A stretch of 64,000 bases of DNA. Source: an uncultured Flavipsychrobacter sp. Its GTDB lineage: Bacteria > Bacteroidota > Bacteroidia > Chitinophagales > Chitinophagaceae. The notes below the pieces were generated by a model, which was not told the origin of the DNA, made no database searches, and worked only from the letters and a program-made list of their open reading frames with translations. Of the stretch, positions 58,767 to 64,000 are shown piece after piece. The stretch spans positions 135,785 to 199,784 of the forward strand of contig CAZPOT010000003.1 in the NCBI GenBank assembly GCA_964588295.1. Direction: 5' to 3'. Numbering within the stretch: position 1 is the stretch's first letter; each line of letters opens with the position of its first letter. The position numbers and the translations under genes are program-made.

Positions 58767-61700
58767 ACTCGGACTCTATGAACAACTAATTAACCAACTA
58801 GTTGATGAACGTATCAAACTATTGGATACAGATACCTATTACATAAAAGAAACAGCATTAGATAAGGCTGAGGCATCTGAATACCTTAGTAGATACGTAG
58901 CAGATATAGTTAAACAAGCGCTTTCCCGGATCAAAGGCGAAGAAGTATTGAAAAATCAAATAGAATTAGCAAATTCGATCTTACAGTTGCTCAGCGAAAA
59001 AATATCTGCCGACGATTTTTCAAGTAATATTCTTGATACGCAAGGTCGAATATTAAATGCAATAGTATCGAAGGTAAATAGCGATCATGCAGATATTGCA
59101 GAACACATCCAGAAAATAACTCCCTATACTCGTTTTTCTCAAAGCGAATTATTTACAGGAGGTGCTACCAATGTCAGTATTACGCTAGAAAGCGAACTAA
59201 AAAAAGAAATACAGTCCGCGAATGAAATTTATTTTCTGGTATCATTTATAAAATTTGCAGGTATTCGCATTTTTTATAAGGAGTTGGAAGCATTTACGCA
59301 CAACGGTGGTAAGCTGAAGATAATTACCACTTCCTACATGGGTGCAACAGATCTAAAAGCAATTGAGCTGCTGAGTAAACTAGAGAATACTGAAATTAAA
59401 ATTTCCTACAACACGCAGGCCGAAAGACTACATGCCAAGGCATATCTATTTTTAAGAGATACTGGATTTCATACCGGATATATCGGTTCGTCAAATTTAT
59501 CCCGTTCTGCCGTTACCAACGGTATGGAGTGGAATATCAAAATAACAACAAGAGAGGTTGGGCATCTTATTGATAAGTTCAAAAAAACATTTGAAACCTA
59601 TTGGAAGGATGCTTCGTTCGAAATATTTGATTCAGCAAAAGACACAATCAAATTAAAAACTTCACTTGAAGCACAACGGGCCACGATAGCGCTGAACACT
59701 ACTTTCTTCGATATAACCCCTCACCACTATCAGAAAGAAATTTTAGAAAAACTAATTGCTGAAAGACAAATTCACAATAGATTCCGGAACCTTATTGTGG
59801 CTGCTACAGGAACTGGCAAAACAGTAATAGCTGCTTTCGACTTTCAACGATTCCTAACTGTAAATAAGTACGCGAGGCTGCTATTTGTGACACATAGAAA
59901 AGAAATATTGCTTCAAGCGTTGAGTACTTTTAGAGGCGTACTGAAGGATGCTAATTTTGGCGAATTATGGGTAGATGGCATAATGCCAACTAAGCTCGAT
60001 AAAGTCTTAGCATCTGTTCAAACACTCAGCAGTCAATTGTCGTCGAAAAATCTAACCTACGACTATTACGACTATATAGTAATTGATGAGGTACACCATA
60101 TAGCTGCTGCTAGCTATAGACCAATCCTCAACCAGTTTCAGCCATCTATTTTGCTTGGCCTTACTGCCACTCCAGAAAGAATGGATAATGAAAATATCCT
60201 TTCAGATTTTTGCAATGTAATTGCCGCAGAAATAAGGCTGCCTGAAGCGTTAAATCAGCAATTACTTTGCCCATTCCATTATTTTGGAATTTCGGATAGC
60301 GTTGACTTGTCTCATGTAAAGTGGGATAAAGGAAGATATCTTCAGTCAGAATTGGAGGTGCTCTATACAGGTAATAAGCAAAGGCTTGGAGAAATAATTA
60401 CCAACCTTGACAACTACTTGACGGACATCCACAATGTCCGCGCCCTTGGGTTCTGTGTTTCTCAGCAGCATGCGCGATATATGGCTGAAGGCTTTAATAG
60501 TGCAGGGTTGAGTGCCGCATACCTAACAAGCGAGAACAGTAACGATCGCGAGACAATTAGGCTTAATCTGAAAGAAAGAAAAATAAACTACCTTTTTGTG
60601 GTAGATATTTTTAACGAAGGTGTGGATATACCTGAGATTGACACTGTTCTTTTTCTGCGTCCTACCGAAAGCTTAACTATATTTTTACAACAGTTGGGAA
60701 GAGGTTTGAGAAAGGCTAATGGAAAAGAATGCCTTACTGTTCTAGATTTCGTGGGTAATGCTAGAATGGAATACGATTTCGAAAAGAAATTCAGAGCTTT
60801 AATAGGCAGAACAATTTCGAGTACACAAAAAGAAATTGAGGATGACTTTCCGCATTTACCTTTAAATTGTTCCATAATACTGGAACGAAAGGCAAAGGAA
60901 TATATTCTACTTAATATCAAACGTGCTACATCCCTCGGTAAGCGGCAGCTGATTGATAAAATAAGAAGCTACCATTACGATATAGACCTGCCGCTTACAT
61001 TAAAGAATTTTATTGAACTATATAATCTTTCTTTACTGCAGATATATAAAGGTGGCAAATTCTGCTTTACCTCTTTGAAGAGGGAGGCAGGGCTATTAGT
61101 TAACAGTACAACAGTAAATGAGGCTGAAATAAGCCGGGCTATTTCAAAAAAGTGGTTGACTTGTAGTTCTTACAGTTATCTAACTTTTATCCTCAACGCT
61201 GCAAAACAAAATTTTAAACTCGACTTTGCCAACTTAACAGAGAATGAAAAGCTTATCTGTCAAATGCTTTACTATGATATTTGGCAAAATGCAAATGAGT
61301 TCTCTACTATAGAAGCGAGTTTTGAGGCAATAGGTAGCAATGAGCATCTGACAGATGAGATAATTGATGTTATTGAACTAATCATTGATAAAATTGACTT
61401 TGTTGAAAAGGACATTGATCTTGGCTATGCAATGCCTCTAAAAGTGCACAGTAGATATACCAAGGATCAAATATGTGCGGCATTTGAAGAAAGTACTATA
61501 AATAAAAAGTCATCGTCACGAGAAGGGGTGATCCTAATTGCAAAGAAAAATACGGAGCTTCTGTTCATCACTTTACAAAAAAGCGAAAAAGAGTATTCTC
61601 CTACTACGCTTTATGATGACTATGCCATTAACGAAACACTATTTCACTGGCAGTCACAAAATTCGGCACGGGCAGACTCAGGTAAAGGACTTACTTACAT

Positions 61701-61908
61701 CGAGCAGCACAAAACCGGTAAAAAAATATTGCTATTCGTTAGAGAAGCTAACGAGGATGAAAATAACAATACCATGGGTTATGTATTTCTGGGTGAAGCA
61801 AAATATGTAGATCATTATGGTGAAAAACCAATGAGTATCACTTGGGTTTTGAATGAGCCGATACCAGAGTATATGTGGAAGAGTTCCGCAAAAATGGCTA
61901 CGGGTTAA
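58756..61908 (+). CDS. PLD-family nuclease / SF2 DEAD-DEAH helicase / DUF3427 fusion protein (1050 aa)
   Basis: HKD motif LHAKAYLF...GSSNLSRSA (PLD/NgoFVII-like) at about aa 200-260; helicase motif I AATGTGKT, II VIDEVHH, III LTATPER, VI QQLGRGLR; C-terminal about 250 aa DUF3427-like; 11 nt overlap with NUDIX gene. Confidence 0.85.
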   Translation: MELKLGLYEQLINQLVDERIKLLDTDTYYIKETALDKAEASEYLSRYVADIVKQALSRIKGEEVLKNQIELANSILQLLSEKISADDFSSNILDTQGRILNAIVSKVNSDHADIAEHIQKITPYTRFSQSELFTGGATNVSITLESELKKEIQSANEIYFLVSFIKFAGIRIFYKELEAFTHNGGKLKIITTSYMGATDLKAIELLSKLENTEIKISYNTQAERLHAKAYLFLRDTGFHTGYIGSSNLSRSAVTNGMEWNIKITTREVGHLIDKFKKTFETYWKDASFEIFDSAKDTIKLKTSLEAQRATIALNTTFFDITPHHYQKEILEKLIAERQIHNRFRNLIVAATGTGKTVIAAFDFQRFLTVNKYARLLFVTHRKEILLQALSTFRGVLKDANFGELWVDGIMPTKLDKVLASVQTLSSQLSSKNLTYDYYDYIVIDEVHHIAAASYRPILNQFQPSILLGLTATPERMDNENILSDFCNVIAAEIRLPEALNQQLLCPFHYFGISDSVDLSHVKWDKGRYLQSELEVLYTGNKQRLGEIITNLDNYLTDIHNVRALGFCVSQQHARYMAEGFNSAGLSAAYLTSENSNDRETIRLNLKERKINYLFVVDIFNEGVDIPEIDTVLFLRPTESLTIFLQQLGRGLRKANGKECLTVLDFVGNARMEYDFEKKFRALIGRTISSTQKEIEDDFPHLPLNCSIILERKAKEYILLNIKRATSLGKRQLIDKIRSYHYDIDLPLTLKNFIELYNLSLLQIYKGGKFCFTSLKREAGLLVNSTTVNEAEISRAISKKWLTCSSYSYLTFILNAAKQNFKLDFANLTENEKLICQMLYYDIWQNANEFSTIEASFEAIGSNEHLTDEIIDVIELIIDKIDFVEKDIDLGYAMPLKVHSRYTKDQICAAFEESTINKKSSSREGVILIAKKNTELLFITLQKSEKEYSPTTLYDDYAINETLFHWQSQNSARADSGKGLTYIEQHKTGKKILLFVREANEDENNNTMGYVFLGEAKYVDHYGEKPMSITWVLNEPIPEYMWKSSAKMATG

Positions 61909-62278
61909 AATCGTTTTCAACTTCCCAGAATATATATAGACATTCAGGATTAGTGCATGTATTCAATATTGCGGGGAATCCTGTTTCATCCCATGTGGTT
62001 CGCCATCCACAGTGCGGACATGTTGAAGGCTGGTCTGTAGTAAAATATACATCAAACGGCATTCAGCAAATATCTGAAGGCGATACTATTTCACATTTGC
62101 TTTTAAGTCACGTCTCCTATCTGGCTATGTGAGTTAGCGCGAGGTGGGCACTACGATGAACCCAGCATGTACACATGGTACATCCATCCCCCGTGTCGTG
62201 GATTTACCTTCCGACAAGCTCAACGTGACACGCTGTGATTAACTCGGCGCGAGCGAAAAGTTAAGCCTTTAAAAACAA

Positions 62279-63379
62279 CTATTCCCACTTAAAAATCTTA
62301 CCGGCTACTGCGTAGATGATAACACCCCAGAGCAGGAGAATACCTACCTCGAAACGGACATCCCACAGGCTGGCACCATCGAAGGATATCTTGCGGAGCG
62401 CATCGTTCATGTAAGTAAGGGGCAGGGCCTTGCAGAACGGGCGCAGCCACGCCGGGAAGTTGTCGGCAGAGAAGAAGGTACCACCCAGCAGGAACTGCGG
62501 CAGGGTGATCATATTGGCAAATGGCGGTATGGTAGATTCGCTCTTGGCTACCGCGCTTACAATAAAACCAAACCCCATGAATATCAGCAAACCCAGCGCA
62601 CACATTACCAGCATATTGAAGAAGGTAAGAAAACCATGCGCCAGCGTAAAACCAAATGCCAGGTGGCCAACGCCAATGATGATGATGGAGCCCATCAGCT
62701 GGAAGATAACACGGGCTATACCCTCGCTCACAACAATGGTTTGCCGGCGCACAGGCGTAGCAAAGAAGCGCTTGAGCACCAGCGTCTGCCGCAGGTTGAA
62801 GAACACAAATGCGGTACCGAACACGCCAGACGCCAGCAGCGAAAAACTAAGCTGTCCGGGCAGTATGAAGTCGATCTGTTTGTACTCGCGCATCTCGGCC
62901 ACCTTGCTGTCTATCTCCACCTTGTCTGCTATCAGCTGGCGTATCTGCGGGTCGGTTTGCTGTAACACGCCCGATATGATGCCTTCCAGCTGTTTGGCCT
63001 TCGGCAGCTCAGCCGACGATTCTGTGAGTGTTATCCTGTACTCCGGCTTCACACCTGCAGGCTGATGCTTTATTAGTACAGTGGCTACAATATCGCCCTC
63101 CTGCAGCATTTTGCTAAGGCTATCCTTACCGCCGGCCGGCACCCATTTTATGGCATCTACCTGCCGCAATACCTGGTAGGCAGGGCTGGTAGTATCGCTG
63201 CCGGGGGCAGAGGCCACCTTGATGCTGAAGCCCGATCCGTTGCGCAGAAAACCGAAAACGATGATGAGCGTGAGCGGAAAGGCAATAGTAAAGATGATGG
63301 ACGACGGGCTTTTGAACATTGCCTGCAGACTTGCCTTTATGAGTGCGCGCATAGCACGCAGATTGCTATATGTAGCCAT
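62279..63379 (-). CDS. ABC-2 family transporter permease
   Basis: 366 aa, N-terminal TM, periplasmic loop, 5 C-terminal TM helices. Confidence 0.75.
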   Translation of the reverse strand: MATYSNLRAMRALIKASLQAMFKSPSSIIFTIAFPLTLIIVFGFLRNGSGFSIKVASAPGSDTTSPAYQVLRQVDAIKWVPAGGKDSLSKMLQEGDIVATVLIKHQPAGVKPEYRITLTESSAELPKAKQLEGIISGVLQQTDPQIRQLIADKVEIDSKVAEMREYKQIDFILPGQLSFSLLASGVFGTAFVFFNLRQTLVLKRFFATPVRRQTIVVSEGIARVIFQLMGSIIIIGVGHLAFGFTLAHGFLTFFNMLVMCALGLLIFMGFGFIVSAVAKSESTIPPFANMITLPQFLLGGTFFSADNFPAWLRPFCKALPLTYMNDALRKISFDGASLWDVRFEVGILLLWGVIIYAVAGKIFKWE

Positions 63380-63607
63380 GTGTATCGTAAGTGGTGCCGC
63401 AAAGGTACGTAGGGCTGCCTATATGGCAGTAATGGAAATGTAAAGATGTATAAACCAGCTACTTACTACGGGCAATAAGGGCTTTAACGTAATAATACCG
63501 GCGCGGACAACCGGTTGGGGCATGCATTGTGCAACTTAAGTTTAACGCTACTGTTACACAGCCTGCCGGGGATTATTTGTAACTTGTGGTACATATCTTA
63601 AAGGGCC

Positions 63608-64000
63608 ATGGGAACATATATCAATATACACTCGCACCGCCCTGCTGCCGGCGAAGCGACAACGATAGAAAGCCTCTACAGGGATTTTGACCGCATGGAG
63701 GAAGGCCGTAATTACAGCATAGGGCTACACCCCTGGCATTTGCAGGACCACAAAGTGCAGCTAGACCTTGTAGCGGCCCATGCCGATGCCGAAGGTGTAA
63801 AAGCCATAGGCGAATGCGGGCTGGATAAGGTGACCACCACGCCAATGGACCTGCAGGTGCAGGTATTTACCGCCCACATAAAACTGGCCAATAAGCTACG
63901 CAAACCCCTTATTGTGCACTGCGTGCAGGCCCATAACGAGGTGATGGAACTGCTGAAGCAACACAAAACTCAAGTGCCGGTAGTGTTTCACGGGTATAAC
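63608..64000 (+). CDS. TatD-family metal-dependent hydrolase (partial, runs off window)
   Basis: N-terminal INIHSH metal-binding motif, GECGLD motif; no stop within window. Confidence 0.7.
   Translation, partial: MGTYINIHSHRPAAGEATTIESLYRDFDRMEEGRNYSIGLHPWHLQDHKVQLDLVAAHADAEGVKAIGECGLDKVTTTPMDLQVQVFTAHIKLANKLRKPLIVHCVQAHNEVMELLKQHKTQVPVVFHGYN

Larger units (their letters stand above)
57900..62278. other. AT-rich islet carrying NUDIX plus PLD-helicase-DUF3427 genes (putative horizontally acquired defence module)
   Basis: visibly lower GC and different codon usage than flanking housekeeping genes; bounded by tandem repeats (left) and a 370 nt non-coding stretch (right). Confidence 0.5.

Noticed and set aside
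61875-62132. 85-aa ORF overlapping the end of the helicase gene and the downstream non-coding stretch
   Set aside because: It overlaps the 3' end of the 1050-aa gene in another frame and has no features; the stretch 61909-62278 is more likely non-coding (possible islet boundary).

Overview
This 64 kb window looks like a Bacteroidota chromosome segment, probably Chitinophagaceae-like. Supporting features: PorP/SprF, a C-terminal T9SS sorting domain on an S8 peptidase, the DUF4270/glycogen-synthase-like/panC cluster, rpoN next to an NtrC-type regulator, and a TAnnTTTG -7 box. It is gene-dense and mostly housekeeping: F0F1 ATP synthase atpBEFHA, rseP, dxr, metK, glmS, panC, tdk, gdh, ccmCD, moaA, pdxH, sigma-54 with an enhancer-binding response regulator, several two-component systems, and a KdpD-C-terminal HK/KdpE/Kup/porin potassium locus. 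Three things stand out. (1) A visibly AT-rich islet (about 57.9-62.3 kb) carries a translationally coupled NUDIX hydrolase and a 1050-aa PLD-nuclease/SF2-helicase/DUF3427 fusion, next to a divergent small acidic ORF and a tandemly duplicated ~125 bp element; this is the best candidate for an undescribed defence-like system. (2) A co-directional TerD-TerD-lipoprotein-(Gly-rich lipoprotein)-flotillin(SPFH) cluster with a CYTH protein upstream. (3) At least four families of short dispersed intergenic repeats, all in the same (+) orientation regardless of flanking gene strand: CTTTGCG(TGAA) arrays at 7 loci; a two-hairpin ~70-95 bp element at 6 loci that shows compensatory base changes; a perfect 27 bp palindrome TTTGACAACTTTT-N-AAAAGTTGTCAAA with a conserved TTTAGCTACA tail at 3 loci; and CCGTAGGTGC-type motifs. 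No CRISPR array, rRNA or convincing tRNA was seen.
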